DNA of 64,000 bases from Eledone cirrhosa (GCA_964016885.1 OZ024747.1:58466001-58530000), one strand, 5' to 3'; shown: positions 25,354 to 41,874, counted from the first letter of the stretch. Translations and numbers: made by a program. Notes: generated by a model not told the origin, from the letters alone.

Positions 25354-25402
25354 TACATATATATATATACATACATACATATGTATATATATATATACAT
25401 AC

Positions 25403-25433
<31 letters not shown>

Positions 25434-25565
25434 CATATATATACATATATATATATATATACATATACATATGCATATATATATATATATATATATACAT
25501 ATATATATACATATCTACATATATATATATACATACATATATATATATATATATATGCATATATT
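24985..25565. repeat. Compound (TA)n/(TACA)n microsatellite
   Basis: Directly visible. Confidence 0.95.
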
Positions 25566-25916
25566 CACAAATAAATTCATATATATTTGATACTTGTTAG
25601 CACGTGTTATGGTGTGTTTCTGTATATAATACAAATGAGGCAGAATGGAAACTTGGCAAAAACGGATAATGCTTGATGAATTGAATTAATTGCGACATGC
25701 TCGGTGGCCAATTTTTAGCAGTGAATCCCTGTTGTTGTCATGTATATGATCAATCACAGCCGTTAGATGGTGATATACTGTAGGACGTAACAATCAAACC
25801 TAAAGGGAAATTACAGAATCTAATCAATCATTGTTGCTATTTTGTAAGAAGCAGACGACAACCATACCTTATCATATCAATTTTGGTCAGTAAAACATTC
25901 ATTCGTGAAAGATCGC

Positions 25917-25997
<81 letters not shown>

Positions 25998-26046
25998 GTA
26001 TATATGTATATATATATGTATATATGTAGATATATATGTATATATG

Positions 26047-26109
<63 letters not shown>

Positions 26110-26259
26110 ATACATATATATATATAAATGTATATATATATAAGTATATCATTATACATGTGTGTGTTCGTGTGCGCGTGCACGCGTATGTGCGCGCACG
26201 TGTATGTGTGTGCATGTGTGTTCCTTATAATGTAATTTTGTCAGTCAGTATATATATAT

Positions 26260-26357
<98 letters not shown>

Positions 26358-26606
26358 AGAGAATGGCAGAGGAAGAAAAATAGAGAGATAAATACATATA
26401 TCTATGTCTATTACGATGTACTTGTGTGTGTGTGTATTTTTTATCGCATGATATGTTTCTTGTCTTGACCATTTGTAATATAGATGTCCCAGTCATAGTA
26501 TGAAATACTAAAGTGAAATGAATCGGCTTGCTCAAGAACCCAAAGAGCTGCTTGCTGAAGAAACCAGCCATAACTTTCTGATATTGAGTGCAACACCCTT
26601 CTAGAC

Positions 26607-26945
26607 CAACGGTTCTCAACCTTTTTTTCGCTGTGGACCACCAAAATAAGTAATTTTTTTCCTGTGGACCACCTAAACTTTTAAATCTTTTGTAATAGAA
26701 CTGCTACTTATAAGCATCAGTAGATGTTTTTTTTCACTGAATTAGAAAATGCTATTATCATGTCACAGTGCCTAAAAATCTACGCAAATAAACAGCTGAA
26801 GTCATACTTATGCGAAGAATAAGAACAGCGCTTTAAGTTAAATGCATGGATCAAGAAAGAATTTGCTATTGAAAATTTTCTGTGGACCACCTGAATTTTC
26901 TTGTGGACCACTAGTGGTCCACATGGACCAGGTTGGGAACCCCTG
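26607..26945. mobile_element. hAT (Charlie-like) MITE
   Basis: TIRs CAACGGTTCTCAACC / GGTTGGGAACCCCTG, perfect 8-bp TSD TTCTAGAC (26599-26606, 26946-26953), subterminal TGTGGACCAC repeats. Confidence 0.92.
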
Positions 26946-27069
26946 TTCTAGACCACCTTTTAAGAAATGTGGATAAGAAATGTGGATAAAAACAATGTAA
27001 AATCATGAAAATCATGTAAGATTATATAGTTACATTAAATGATAAAATTGCTGTTTGTTTGCAAACACG

Positions 27070-27270
27070 CCTGGCCATATCGGTAGAGCATCAGACCTGC
27101 TTTGTGGCATAGAATTACGTCCCTTTACGTTTCTGGTTCAAATTCCGCCGAGGTTAGCATTGCCTTACGTTGTCGATAAACTAAAGTACCAGTAACACAC
27201 TGGAGTAGATTTATTTGACGGTTTCCTCCCGCAAAATGTGTTGGCCTTGTGTCTAAATCAGAAACCATTA
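27070..27270 (+). mobile_element. Older Nin-core SINE
   Basis: ggttcaaattccgccgaggttagcattgcc...gtcgataaactaaagtaccag. Confidence 0.75.
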
Positions 27271-27462
27271 TTCTTCTTCTTTGTAATCAGTAAACTAATT
27301 ATGATACACCCTGTAATTTGTCTTTGTATTGCCTCTCGGCATATTAGGAACTGGTTGTCACTAACCATATACATTTATTCTACTGGGTACATATTATCAG
27401 TTGATTTACTTAGATCCTCTCAATCACTATCGCCAGAAGTTACATGTTTCAATATGATAAAT

Positions 27463-27571
27463 ACTACTACTACTACTACTATTCTAATATTACTAATACT
27501 ATTACTGATGCTGCAGTAATAGTAATATTATTAAAATTGCTACTGCAGCTGAGGATCATGAGATAATGCAT

Positions 27572-27603
<32 letters not shown>

Positions 27604-27672
27604 TAACTACCAACACCACCACTACTAATAATAATGCTGCTACTACCACTAATATTGCTACTACTATTACTG
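27463..27672 (+). repeat. (TAC)n/(TAA)n trinucleotide tract
   Basis: Directly visible. Confidence 0.9.
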
Positions 27673-29139
27673 CTTTATTAAGTCAATTCTTTCAGTTGGT
27701 GCATTGTTCAATCTTCACCCCCAATTTTTCAATGAATGGTAGTAAATTTTACAGCAGTCATCGTTATATTGGTGAAATACATTAACATCAAGCTCGGCAC
27801 TCTTCAATAGATTATGTCTCCTTCTGTTCAGCAGCAACTGAGAACTGAAGAACTCCAGTCAATAAACCAATGCCATTAACACATGCATATCGTATTCAAT
27901 AATTTGGATTACAGTTCGCTGAAGTGTTTCCATATTTAAAAGAGATCTGTGCTGTGATTCCTTTATTATTTTTGCAATTCATTCTCAAAAGTATTAAAGT
28001 AAATTTTCGCTTGGAAATTTTACGTCCTTATCACGTACAAAGGGAAAAAGAATGCGTTAATAATACTATCCTGAAGCAATAATTCCAACATTATAAAGAA
28101 CGGTCAAAAATGGAAATTTCAAAACTAGATATCCAAATATATTACATTCTGGAATATGAATTGCAATATTACTCAACAGCTATATGAAGTTGAGTGTTAT
28201 CATTCATGCCATCTAAACCCCCCTTTAAATAAACGCTGCAGACCTTTAAGTTCTGTATAAAACGAAAATATTGCAGCTGAATTGAAAATACCCATTAATA
28301 TATCATAGTACTTAGATATGACGTGACCAGAGATGAATAACTATATGGAAATAACAATACACAAGAGATGTTTCAATTTAGAATAACACAGTACACTACC
28401 ATTGTACATTATGTAACATTTTGGCTTAAAAATAGCTAAAAGATATATTTTACAGCCCAAAGCTCCACCGATTCTATTCTAACTATCAATGGCAGCACAT
28501 TAGCATTATTCCTGACCCATTGAAAAGCTAAATGAGGTCACTGAAACCATCCTTTTATGTATGTTTCTCCACATTCCACGCACAAACAACATTTCTATAA
28601 CCGATTCTACTAAACCATCATAAAATTTCTGCGACAGTTCAGCCAAATTTTAACTCTTTGATGCTGGTTGGGGGAGGTGGGAGGAGATGTCCTTAAACTG
28701 AAAACATGGTCCAAATGTTCGCAGGTGATTGATCTCTGGTAAATCTTACATGAGCTAGTTGCTGGTGTTGAACCAAGCAACACATTAATTCTCCCACCAA
28801 TCACATCGTAGCTAAATGTTGATCGACCAATCATCCGTTTACCTCTCATTCCTTATATTTTGTCATCTTCTCATCTGATGTGTATCATTCAATCGCATTT
28901 CCGGTCATAATAAATTTGTGTTATTGTATAAATCACAAATATTGATCAAATATCTATGTATGGAAATGGAGACAATGTCCAAGTGTTACATTGAATTCAT
29001 AATAAAGCTGCTTGCCAATTTTACGTATATATGGACTAAGTAAAACAAAACGACTATCAGAACAAACACAAATACTAGTTATTTCTGTAATCTCTGGCAA
29101 CTGAATTGAGACATTAAGAGGCCTAGTACAAAATATTCG

Positions 29140-29346
29140 TTTTTAATTCAAGCAAAGCCTAAGGAAGTTAAGGGAAGAGCAAAGGTAATTGCATAAACGC
29201 CAGAATTTAATTGGTACTTTTGTTATCGACTCTGGAATTAGAAAAATTAAAGTTGACCACCATGGGATTTGAACACAGAATGTAAAGAGCCAGAAAACAA
29301 ATGAAATGACATTTTTTCCGACGCTCTACTAAATCTGTCATTTGGC
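29140..29346 (-). mobile_element. Degenerate Nin-core SINE
   Basis: tggtactttt.ttatcgac...aaagttgacc...gggatttgaac. Confidence 0.6.
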
Positions 29347-29797
29347 CACTTTTTTTGTGTGCGAAATGTTGATGTGAAACATTGGTTTAAGCCAAAGATT
29401 CTGTAAGGAAATCAAAATCATTTCTGCATAGAACAGACCATGTCATTTTTTACTTAATGATTATCATGTTTATACACACCATCTTGTCCTTATGTGTCTA
29501 TATTTCATTCTGCTTTATGCTTCCGTCCCAGCTCCCCTATTTGATGATAGTTCTCTCCTTAAAATATCATGGGCATTTATCTTCCATCCCTAACTAAACA
29601 GTGAACCAAATATTTAAGGACGAGGTAACAACGAAAGAGAATGTATTTTTGAACAGAACGCTGAAAATGAAGAGCTGCAAAAGAGCGTTTAGTCTGTCCA
29701 TCCAACATTACACAACATTAAGAAGTAATGTTGTTAGGTACTGCTATATTTTAAGCTAATTCGCAAGGCTTTAATGGCACGATTATTTAGATACGAT

Positions 29798-29876
<79 letters not shown>

Positions 29877-29995
29877 GTGTGTGTATATATATATGTATGT
29901 ATGTATATATATGTATGTATGTATATATAATATTAGTATAGATTAAAGGTCTAAGCAATAAATGTCTGCTTTCACCCTAAGTAGGATCACCTGAA

Positions 29996-30083
<88 letters not shown>

Positions 30084-31362
30084 CTTATCGAGTCATGTTA
30101 GGATTTTGGTCTTTGTATTTATTATATATTACTAGAGATAGAGAGAGCTATATGAGGGGAGGGGGGTAGATACTCCAAGTGTATTATGAATATAACCCCT
30201 AAAACATCATGTTCAAAAACTAATGTATGTGAAACTAAGTAATGATATTTTTTGTTCAGTTTAAAACCGTATCGTAACACAATCCTTCGGGTTACATCAT
30301 TCTTTTAAGATATTTCAGATATATCTGATATCAATCAAACGATTTTCTGGTTTCCAGGTGAGTGGAACAAAAGCACTTATACAAACATATATTATTATAA
30401 CTTTGATGAACAATCATTCTTTTTAAAGTAATTATTGACTACTTGCCAAATAACCACTTAACATCCGAAATAATCACTTAATTTCTTTCTTCATCCCTCA
30501 AATACTCACTTATCATACTTGACGATAAATCTACTTTCGTAGGGTTATTTCATCATTTTGTATTTACTTGGTGGTAATAATAATTGTCTGGCTTTGTCTA
30601 TATTTAATCCAGAGACCGGCAAACTACAGACCTCGGGATAGATTTAGACAATGACTTTCTTTAATCTCGTCTAAACATTTTATAACTATGTGGCATTGCA
30701 GACAAAAATTATGTCGATTAAGAAAAAATAAAATTCAGACATAAGAAAATAGAACAAATTTCTCATTTTGTTCAGCTATAAGTTCGTAAAATGTAAATAT
30801 TTCCCGAAGCACACAATTTTAAACTATAAAGGCTTTCACCTTCCGGAATGGACCCATAGAATTTAACATCATCTCATTAACATCACCGCACACATGCGTT
30901 ACTTGAATAATAAATTATAAGATTCAAGGGCGTGGTGAAAAATGCTCACCTTCTTTCCACAACTGACAAGTAAACTTGTTAGAGTCACGTTTACCTCGAA
31001 GTGACAAACGCCCTTAATCACGCTGGCTATGAGCCGTGTGGTGTATAGTACATATTGTCGTGTCATATGTGGCAGTTACCGATTTTTAGCTAATTAAATC
31101 TTTAACAAAAATCATATTGCAAAATGTGATGTACTTAATTATTTACCAAATTTCTATCTTAGGGACATTTACTCTGACATATATTTAGGATGTATGAAGT
31201 AAACTTCCCGACAATTATTCTCACTTTTACTCAACCCCAGTCAGTTCAGATGTTATCTGACGGTTTGTACTGTGTCAGGAGTAAAATAAGGACACTAACA
31301 TTCACACTAAAAACATCAATAACAACAATGACAATGAAGACGACAACAGCAGTATCAGTTTC

Positions 31363-31425
<63 letters not shown>

Positions 31426-31591
31426 TTCTGAATTTATTTGTTTATTGGCAACATGACCCTCCCAAAGTATAACAATATATATACAAAGTTTAGTGGTTTA
31501 CCACTGGATAGAACTCGTCATTCCGTATAATTAACCATGAAACATTAGTAGGAAAAGCAATCAACGTCACGGCCTCCTGTTGTTCTCATCA

Positions 31592-31691
<100 letters not shown>

Positions 31692-31877
31692 TTTTGTGTG
31701 TATTGTATGAGTTTATTTGGGTTTTGCTTTTAATTGCAATCATTGTTACTTGATTTATGTTTGGTTATAACTGTGTAATTGTTGCCACGAATCTATTCAG
31801 TATATTACATAATAGATTATATTATACAATATTATATTATATTATATTGTACTAATATTATATTATATATTATACTA

Positions 31878-32037
31878 GGGCGGCGAAATGGCAGTCATTA
31901 GAACGTCTGATCTGATAGAATGCTTTACACTGGTCATTCCGACTCTCTGCTCTCTGAGTTCAAATTATGCCGAGGTCAACTTTGCGATTCATCTTTTCAA
32001 GGTCGATAAAAAAAAAGTAGCAGTCCAGTACTGGGGA
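31878..32037 (+). mobile_element. Older Nin-core SINE
   Basis: gggcggcgaaatggcag...ctgagttcaaattatgccgaggtcaacttt...ggtcgataaaa. Confidence 0.72.
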
Positions 32038-32176
32038 CGATTCTTCCTCTCTCTGGAAGATATCTGCTGAACTCAGGCCTGGAGAAGGGTGGGTTTCACC
32101 AACGTTAAACATTCCAAGAAACGACATTACCATATTATATTATATTTATTATATTATATTATATTATTTTATACTA

Positions 32177-32350
32177 GCAGTATCGGTAAAGGGTCGACGC
32201 CATGCTTTCCAGCATAGTTACGTCCCTTTACGATATGAGTTCAAATCCCGCAAAGGTTGACTTTGCCTTTCATCCTTACGGGGTCGATAAAATAAAGTAC
32301 CAGTAATGCACTGGTTAATTGCTGGCCTTGTGCCTAAAGTAGAAACAATT
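32177..32350 (+). mobile_element. Nin-core SINE
   Basis: Colinear with the family consensus. Confidence 0.88.
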
Positions 32351-32626
32351 ATATTGTTTATACTATATTATATTACATTATATTATGTTATATTACAGAG
32401 ACATCATAGTTTTGCCATTTATGTATATATTCCGCCAGTCTTTAGACATTTACTTTATTCATCTTCTCCATCAGATAACGTAGGAAAACGAGACAACGCA
32501 ATAATAAAATCCGGGGCAACAGACAAGGCAATAGACGAAAAAAGGCCATAGGGTAGATTGCAATAAAAAAGGAATAATTACGAACACGAATATAAAAATT
32601 GGATTAAGAATATCGTTATAATGATG

Positions 32627-32815
32627 ATTGATTTTACTTTAGGCAAAAGGCCAGCAATTTGGGGAGAGGTGGAAAGTCGATTAAATCGACCCAGTGCATT
32701 ACTGGTGCTTTATTTTATCGACCTCGTAATGATGCAAGGCAAATCCAGCCTCGGTGGGATTTAAACTCAGAACGTAAAGGGATGTAACTCTATGTTACAG
32801 GGTGTCCACCGTTCT
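32627..32815 (-). mobile_element. Older Nin-core SINE
   Basis: aggccagcaatttgggg...actggtgctttattttatcgacc...gggatttaaactcag. Confidence 0.75.
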
Positions 32816-33233
32816 AATATTAATAATAACAATATTAATAATAATAAAAAATAATAATGTTTATAATGTTTGCTCATTTATTGATTAATCCCTTGATCTA
32901 TAGATTTTTCTTTCTTTATTTAGTAATTTATTTATATGTATTTTTAGTATTTTGCTTTACAAATAAATTCGTCTATGAAGAATGAAACTGTCGAAGATAT
33001 AAAGATGAAAGCTGATTTTAAATGGAACGAAGATAAAAGAAATTGAATTCCAGTCGATGTCGGGATATTGCCAATACCAATCATTCAATAATATAATTTG
33101 GTATCTTGTTTATCACTTTATGTTTGTGAGGGTGTTTATATATATATATATATATGAGTATCTTTCCTCCAAATGTCAGATACTCGTTTAGTTTCAAAGA
33201 CTGTGTTAAATGTTTGTGTTGATGTGTATACAT

Positions 33234-33308
<75 letters not shown>

Positions 33309-33809
33309 CAGCATGGCCTCTGCCTCGTGACTCGAATACGTTGTAGATTAAAAAAAGTTTTCATTCAGTAACTATAGATATTTTACTAACTATGATATAT
33401 CGACACAAAATTACGCTCACTAAAATATAACGAAATATGTTCAGGCCATGACCGTACTAGATTTATTTCAGAGATAATTTACATAGAAACAACTTAATGA
33501 ATGCGTCCAGGCATTTTCAAGACAGTAGAGTAAGACTTCGTGGATGTTTAGCCATCATATCTAACAGAGTGAACTTTAACATACTCGCTAACTCATTAAC
33601 TCATAACAATTGATTCGAAAGAAATATAGAGCCTTTACAAGGTTTGCAAATTACCTTGTGTCCTTAAGAAGCATGAAATCAACAAAGATGTGGATGATTC
33701 AGAGAAGAACAGTTGACTATCAATACTCTATAGACATTGCTTCTATAACTCAGTTCTATAAATATTTCCATGGCCATACCAAACAAGATATGATAAAATA
33801 CATTCACTC

Positions 33810-34070
33810 ATTACCTCCATCTCTCTCGCTCTCCCCATCTCTCATTATTATAAGCAAATTGGGAGCCATTTGCTGACCACACCTCAGCACCGGCGGACAG
33901 AATAGAGAATGAGTTTCCCCAGAGGATGTGAGGGTAACGCGTTGAAAGATACATTCCAGCTCACGGGGTTTATACCTGCGTGTAGCCAAATCCGTGCCAA
34001 TAGCGGTGAATAGATAGAGAGGTGGTCCTTGAGCCAAAGACATCAGATGTCTCCACAGCTAAAACAGGGT
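33810..34070 (-). mobile_element. CRE-like non-LTR retrotransposon C-terminus (restriction-like endonuclease), frameshifted
   Basis: Across frames: LAVETSDVFG...LFTAIG..LA....PRELECIFQRVTL..ILWGNSFSILSAG, matching the CRE-clade pattern AVET.G..G...FQR.S..I.RGNA..IL. Confidence 0.72.
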
Positions 34071-34953
34071 ATAGTGTAACACGATGACTTACAAGGCAAC
34101 GATGTATGTAATCTCTATCTGCTGGTCAATGGATTCTCCCTCAGATTACCGCTTGCTACAATCAGAACAGAAATGGAACATTTAAAAATCTAATTTTATA
34201 TGCCCCTTTAAATATGTGATTATCACACCTGGAATATCCCTGATTGAAGTTCGACCCAAACAACAACAAAGAAGGTTGAATGATTTCATACCATGACTTA
34301 TTGGATTCCATCAGGTAGCGAATATATTTTCAGTTCTTTTTTTAACTAAAGTGATGAATAAAAAGTAACTAAGGGCTATCATTCACATTCGAAAATAGTA
34401 ACATGGACTATGCATTCCCTCGTGGATTTAGATGCACGTACACTCGTGATTATATACAGATATACTCTCTCGACACTCTTAAAATAGATGTAGCCGAACA
34501 GCCAGGTTGTAATTGATTTAAAGTGATCTGAACAAGCACTGAGATGGTACATTTTTAACGAGTCCTTAAATGATAAAAAGTGAATGATACATGAGCATGA
34601 TATCGATACAGAGTGCAAAGATTCGGTGAATCTATAGCAACAAATTCTATCTGAAACTCTAACGACACTTACAAATCGACCGGATTTGCGGGGTAAATAT
34701 GTCCAATCTATTTTGGGTTGTGCTTTAACCGTTTGAAATCAATAATAAAATGATTTCTACAGTTTATTAATGACCTTTCACCACTCTATCTTTATCGAGT
34801 GACATTAATGTTAAATATAAGATAATTTATAATTTGAACCCGTGTCCTTTACTTTAATGGACAGTAAATAATAAAATGTATAAACGAAATAGACAGTCTC
34901 ATCCTTTCATCGGTACATTATAATGTAGTGTTGAAAATAGTGGTAACGTCTTG

Positions 34954-35089
<136 letters not shown>

Positions 35090-35819
35090 CAATCTTTATT
35101 TTGGAGCAATAAAAATGCGTGTTAAATATAGCGAAAGTAGATATTTAGTAGAAAAACAAATCAATTGCAAGGCTATGTATGTTGAATGAAATACTGATAT
35201 AGTGATATAGTGCATTGAGATGGCCACAAGATATCAAACAGATCAATCACCTATTCACAAAGGCCATCAGAGAAAACCTTAAATTCCGAAATATCACATT
35301 TATATAACAAAAATATTACTATTTTTGTTTTCGTTAAAACTTCAGTAATATTTTAGAAGATAGAGATATATAATGATTACCAGTTGTCATATATTTGTTT
35401 CTGCTTATAGCACATTCTGTCATAGGTAAACTAACTTTGACAAGTGGCATGAGATGGGGCGGATTGATATAGAGGTGAATCGTTAATACATGGTATACAA
35501 CACCTACCTTCTTATTGAAATATATTAATGCTGACTCGATACGATGTAACATTTCTAAGGACGAAATGAATTTAGCATTCATGGTTCGGATTATATACAT
35601 TCTACGTGAAAGGTTACTAAAATGTGCGATGCAGCGCACTGTTGCACCTTATTATGTAATTAGGTGCACCGCGATAAAGCATTAAAAACACAACTTAAGA
35701 TTTGTAATACAATTCCTATATAACTGTATACCAATAGTAACACTACCGCACAACCAAGACCACCACTGCTAAGCCCCCACAATCACACTGTCAAATTTGA
35801 TAAACAATGAAAATAAGAA

Positions 35820-36035
35820 TGGTTTCTGATTTAGACATAAGGCCAAACATTTTTTGGGGGGGTGGGGGTTAGAAATCGATTAAATCGACCACATTGCTAA
35901 ACTGGTACTTTATTTTATCAACTCCGTAAGAATAAAATGCAAAGCTAACTGCGTGGGGATTTGAACTCAGAACGTAAAGAGATCTAACTATATACACCAA
36001 AGCATAGTGTCCGACGCTGTACAATGACTGCAAAT
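35820..36035 (-). mobile_element. Older Nin-core SINE
   Basis: actggtactttattttatcaac...gggatttgaactcagaacgtaaag. Confidence 0.75.
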
Positions 36036-36864
36036 CAGTACCCAAAACTAACTCGGCGCATGTTTCCCTCTGATAACAGATTTGCTCCATTTAATGGTTA
36101 AGGAAAAAGCTATAAACAAGTTTTCTGTATTTGTAAGTATCTATATTTCTAATTTATGTGATAGTAGTTTGTATAAAGGAATCTAGAATAAAGCACCATA
36201 TTTAGACACAAAGTGCATCAAAATATTTTTAGTTGTTTTAAGGTGCGAAATGAGTAAAAATGCTAACCACTGCTCTGGCGCATCTGAGGAGAGAAAGGCT
36301 TAGACAGACATATGATGTTGTGTACAAAATACTTACAGATTGAATGTTTATAACAGTATACAAGGTGCACTCAGGAAGTTTTGAGACTTGTAGATATTAC
36401 GTGCCTGTGATGTATTGATAACTGACAACTAATTCGTCTATTTACGGTTCGATTCTTAGATATCAATGAGTATTTTACAAAGAAACGAACAATGACAAGA
36501 GAATTTGTGTCAGATACTTTATATAAAGTCGTATTAAAGTAGATGTCTTACAAAGCAACCGTTTAAAGGAAGAGATGTAGGCGAGGTATTACGATGGAGA
36601 CAATTAAGTTAATGAGTCTACTCTTCTCAAATAAAATGGTCACGTAGCCAGCGGAATGTCAAAATGTCGTAATGTATATCAAGTCACATTTCGTGAATAC
36701 AGAATAAAGTGGGATTACGTACTTTAAAATGTCTACTAACATATCAAAGTAGGCATCTCCAAAAATGTGATAAAATACATACAGTATACAAGGATTTTTT
36801 GGAATATGCGATGCCCAATTATTTTAAAGGTAAATATGGGGTGAGTAGTTAACAAATATGAAAC

Positions 36865-36953
<89 letters not shown>

Positions 36954-37505
36954 TGTTTATGTGTGTTACTATGTCTATGTGTGTTACTATGTTTATGTGT
37001 GTGTCTGAGGGGAGTGTACGTGCTGAAATGTATTCTCTTAAGAGGGAAGGACGTAAAAATATACAAGTCAATAATATATTGAAATTCAGTGTAGTTGATT
37101 CTAATGCCATAAAAATCTGAGACCAAATTAGTATCAGTCATACAAATTATGATGGATATTTTATGGTTATATAACAGTTAATATGCGTAACAAAAATTAT
37201 TCCACTTGATATTTATCACACAGAATTGACGCATATTTCTATATTCTCTTTTCGGTTTATGTCTTCGAATAAATTCTATTGTAATTTCCTTATCTCATTC
37301 AAAATGGTATATCAAGTTGATTGAAAAATGTGCTGATATATTTTGTTTTGCAATTCAGATTGTACAATTCCTACAGTCGTACAATCAATCATATATACAG
37401 TCGTTCAATTAAAGATATACAATCGCTTACACATATATAATAACATAGATACATATAAACCATCACATACACACATATATATCTACACAACAATAACTAT
37501 TTATC

Positions 37506-37536
<31 letters not shown>

Positions 37537-37676
37537 TAGTTCCAGAACAATATATATATATATAAGCCTTTCTGAAGGGAGTGTATATTTGTATATCAAT
37601 CTAACTATCTATTTAACTACTATATATAGATATATATATAGATATATTTATATATATGTTTTTATATATATATATA

Positions 37677-37776
<100 letters not shown>

Positions 37777-38104
37777 TAGTTAAGTACATAGTTGTGTATA
37801 TATATATATATATGAGTGTGTGGTGCGATTTGTATATGCTGACAAAATACACATTCACTCACAGATTACACTCACAGATGTGTTTGTATCATACAAATGG
37901 TCTTCGGGTAAGAGATAATCAAATATATGATTGGGTTGTATGTCAGACCTCTACATCAACATATTTAACACAAAACTACACACATATCTGCATACATATA
38001 AACACATTAATGTTACCATTATTTGTCTTCGTTTAATATTCCTTTATGTTACTCTTCACCCAACTCTGACAAACAAAACCATAAACATATACATACAACA
38101 ACAC

Positions 38105-38150
<46 letters not shown>

Positions 38151-38152
<2 letters not shown>

Positions 38153-38343
38153 CGAAGCAAATGTGGTAAGGAACCAGATCGACCATAACGCACCAAAGTA
38201 CTCAATACTTAGGGTAGTAGAGTGGGTAATAGGAACAAGTATGACCCCGACGGCAGAGCTCAAGCCGTTTCTACGGCTATTTCTGGACGAAATAGCCGTC
38301 GAAACGGCTTGAGCTCTGCCGTCGTGGTCATACTTGTTCCTAT
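38151..38343. mobile_element. Fold-back mini-element family B
   Basis: Arms 38229-38283 / 38289-38343, spacer TGGAC; homologous to 15418-15634; (TA)n on both sides. Confidence 0.82.
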
Positions 38344-38348
38344 GTATA

Positions 38349-38407
<59 letters not shown>

Positions 38408-38809
38408 ATCTGTGTATGTATATATATATATATATATGTGTGTGTATGTGTATTTGTGTATGTATATATGCATGTATTTATGTATGTATGTACGTATTTA
38501 TATGTTTGTGTGTCTATATATATATATATATAGATATATATATGTATGTATATATCTATGTATGTGTGAATATATGTATGTAATATATATATGTATATGA
38601 ATATATATATGTGTGAATATATATATATGTATGTAAGCATATATGTATTGAGATTCAAAAACAGAAGACAATGATAGAGTATGAATTCACATTTACAGAG
38701 ATGAACAAACGATTTTGAATTACGCAGATAATTATCTTTCTCTGCCACTCTCATTCTTTTACTTTCTCTCTCCTTCTCTCTGTGTATATATATATATATA
38801 GTAGAGATG

Positions 38810-38881
<72 letters not shown>

Positions 38882-38994
38882 TGTATGTTTATAAACACAC
38901 CCATATATTACACACATATATGTATAAACTCACACACATACACACACGCACGTACACACACACTCACGCACACACACATACATTTATATATATG

Positions 38995-39082
<88 letters not shown>

Positions 39083-40709
39083 TGTGTCTGTATTCCTCTG
39101 TTTGTATGTTGTTTGTGTACATAAAATTATAAATCTGAGACTATTAGATTTGCAGATTTATGGTGTTGATGAAAATATTTCATTTGAAAACAATGATATA
39201 AATCTTTAATAGATTCTTTAACGTGGGCAAAGGTCTGGGAGTGATTTTGTTTTTCCATGAAATAATTTGATTATTTTGCAGTTTGTTGCCATCTGAAATA
39301 AATTTGTATGCATTGCTGTCTACTGAATATAGCATAACATTCCGTGCTCACAAATACAAAAATATTTACATATATATCCTCACACACATAGACACACAAG
39401 TAGACACACACAAACAAGCCCACACAGACGCTCACGCACATACAAGCGCACACACACACATATGAACTAGATGTTACTAAATGAGACTTGTAAGGACATT
39501 ACTCAACTAAATGCTTATTAGAAAGCATATCAACCTGAAGGCTTTCGCCATCAAAACGACTTATACTTAGGTCATCGACTTTACAGAATTTCCTCTTCAA
39601 ATTCATCATTATCCATTTAAGCCTTCTCTAAGTTAGCCTCGAATTTGTTACCTTCACTCTCAATTTCATAATCGTTAAATGTAGTTTCGACATCTTCAAA
39701 TATAATCTCGTCATCATCAAATTTAATTTCGTCGATATAAGATTGACTGAGGTTTATGAAAATAGAGTATTTTAAAGTTTTGCAAAGGATTACATAGTTT
39801 GTATAAGAAAGTACTGCAATCTACATTACCGTAAATATGCATACATTTACGTAAACTATATACAAAGGTCTATACTACACAGCAAAGTCAAAAACGACTA
39901 AACTAAGTTTTTTCGTTATTCACATTGTTTTAAACTCTTAAAATATTTCAAAAACCAGCCTACACAACTGTTTTAAATAAACAAAGTCCACTCAATGTTG
40001 GTCAAACTCTTGTATTTACACTAGAATTGTTGAGTAGATCTTAACCATCCCATATAAAATGACGATTATGTTTGAGATATCTACGCAATGTGTCATGCAA
40101 ATCTAACCTTCTATAATGTGTCTTAGTTTTAAATACAATAATTGCCAAATAGCCCCATTTAAATATGAAACGATAGCCTTCGCTATGACATTAGTGGAAT
40201 TAGTAAAATTCTGGTTTCCATATTTTAATATTCTGCCCATGGTTTTCAATCCATCGAACTCTCAGAATTTCATGACGCTCAAAGGAGCAGCTATGATGGC
40301 AAGTTATACTACACAATTCTATCGAATGATATATTCTGAATATTGTACAGTAATAACGATCTATTCTATTAGATATAACTTTATTTCTTCTCTTTGATGA
40401 TATAGTGATATTCTAAAAAATATATTTCTATGGCACTCATTTCAACATAAATTGAAATATGCTCTAATAATTGTATATTTTTTCAGACGCGGACTCGGTG
40501 TGTGAATGTATGTATAATTATTTGACAGCTGTCAGACTCAAATCAAGTAATAATAATAATAATCGATTTCTATATAAAATGGTAAGAAAAATACTGTACA
40601 GTATTCCTGGAGAGGGGAAGTAGTTCTCAGAGTGTATATATACATATATATATATATTTATATATATATTTACATATACATAGTGATATAGGCACACACG
40701 CACACACAC

Positions 40710-40753
<44 letters not shown>

Positions 40754-41073
40754 TTGTATATATGATTACGCATACACATACATATAAAAATATATAACTG
40801 TGTGTATGAATAGAGAAAATGAGATTGAGCCAGACAAAATGCCTGCCACTTTAATTATCCAAAGAACATTTCATATTTCATACAGTAATGGTGTTGAGAT
40901 AGTTTATCTTTAACTAATCTCTACATAGACAGTCTGTGTGATTGGGAAACCATTTTTTACTGGCACTCTATTAACGCTGCAAGTCATGGAACATTATCGA
41001 TTCTAATGTTGTAAATACCGTATAGGTAAGCAATACATTAGAGTGGTTCTGATTGAGCTGAAGGCTATCGTAG

Positions 41074-41154
<81 letters not shown>

Positions 41155-41396
41155 TATGTGTGTGTGTGTGTGTGCGTGTGTGTGTGTGTTTATGTGTGTG
41201 TGTGTATGGGTGGATGTGCGTGGGTGTATAGGTATGTATATATATACCTATGTAGATATATATATATATATATGTATTTATATGTATGGAGGCACGTATA
41301 TATACATATACATGTACATTTATATATATATATATGTGTGTGTATGTAAGCATGTATATATAAATATATGTATGTGTGTGTATGTATGTAAGCACG

Positions 41397-41511
<115 letters not shown>

Positions 41512-41706
41512 CATAATAAGCATTTTGTGTGATGTATATGCAATCAACATATTCACACAGAAATCATCAATCAGTCAAGATTATAAAAGGTATCGTTGAT
41601 TAAATGAGGTATTTGTAATAGCCTTTCATAAGCACTCATACTGTTTCATAACAATATGTCCACACAGCCACTCAAAGCAGCATACATTCGTACGTATATT
41701 TCTTAG

Positions 41707-41766
<60 letters not shown>

Positions 41767-41809
41767 GTATGCTTCTTAGGCCTATATATATATATATATA
41801 CACACATAT

Positions 41810-41874
<65 letters not shown>

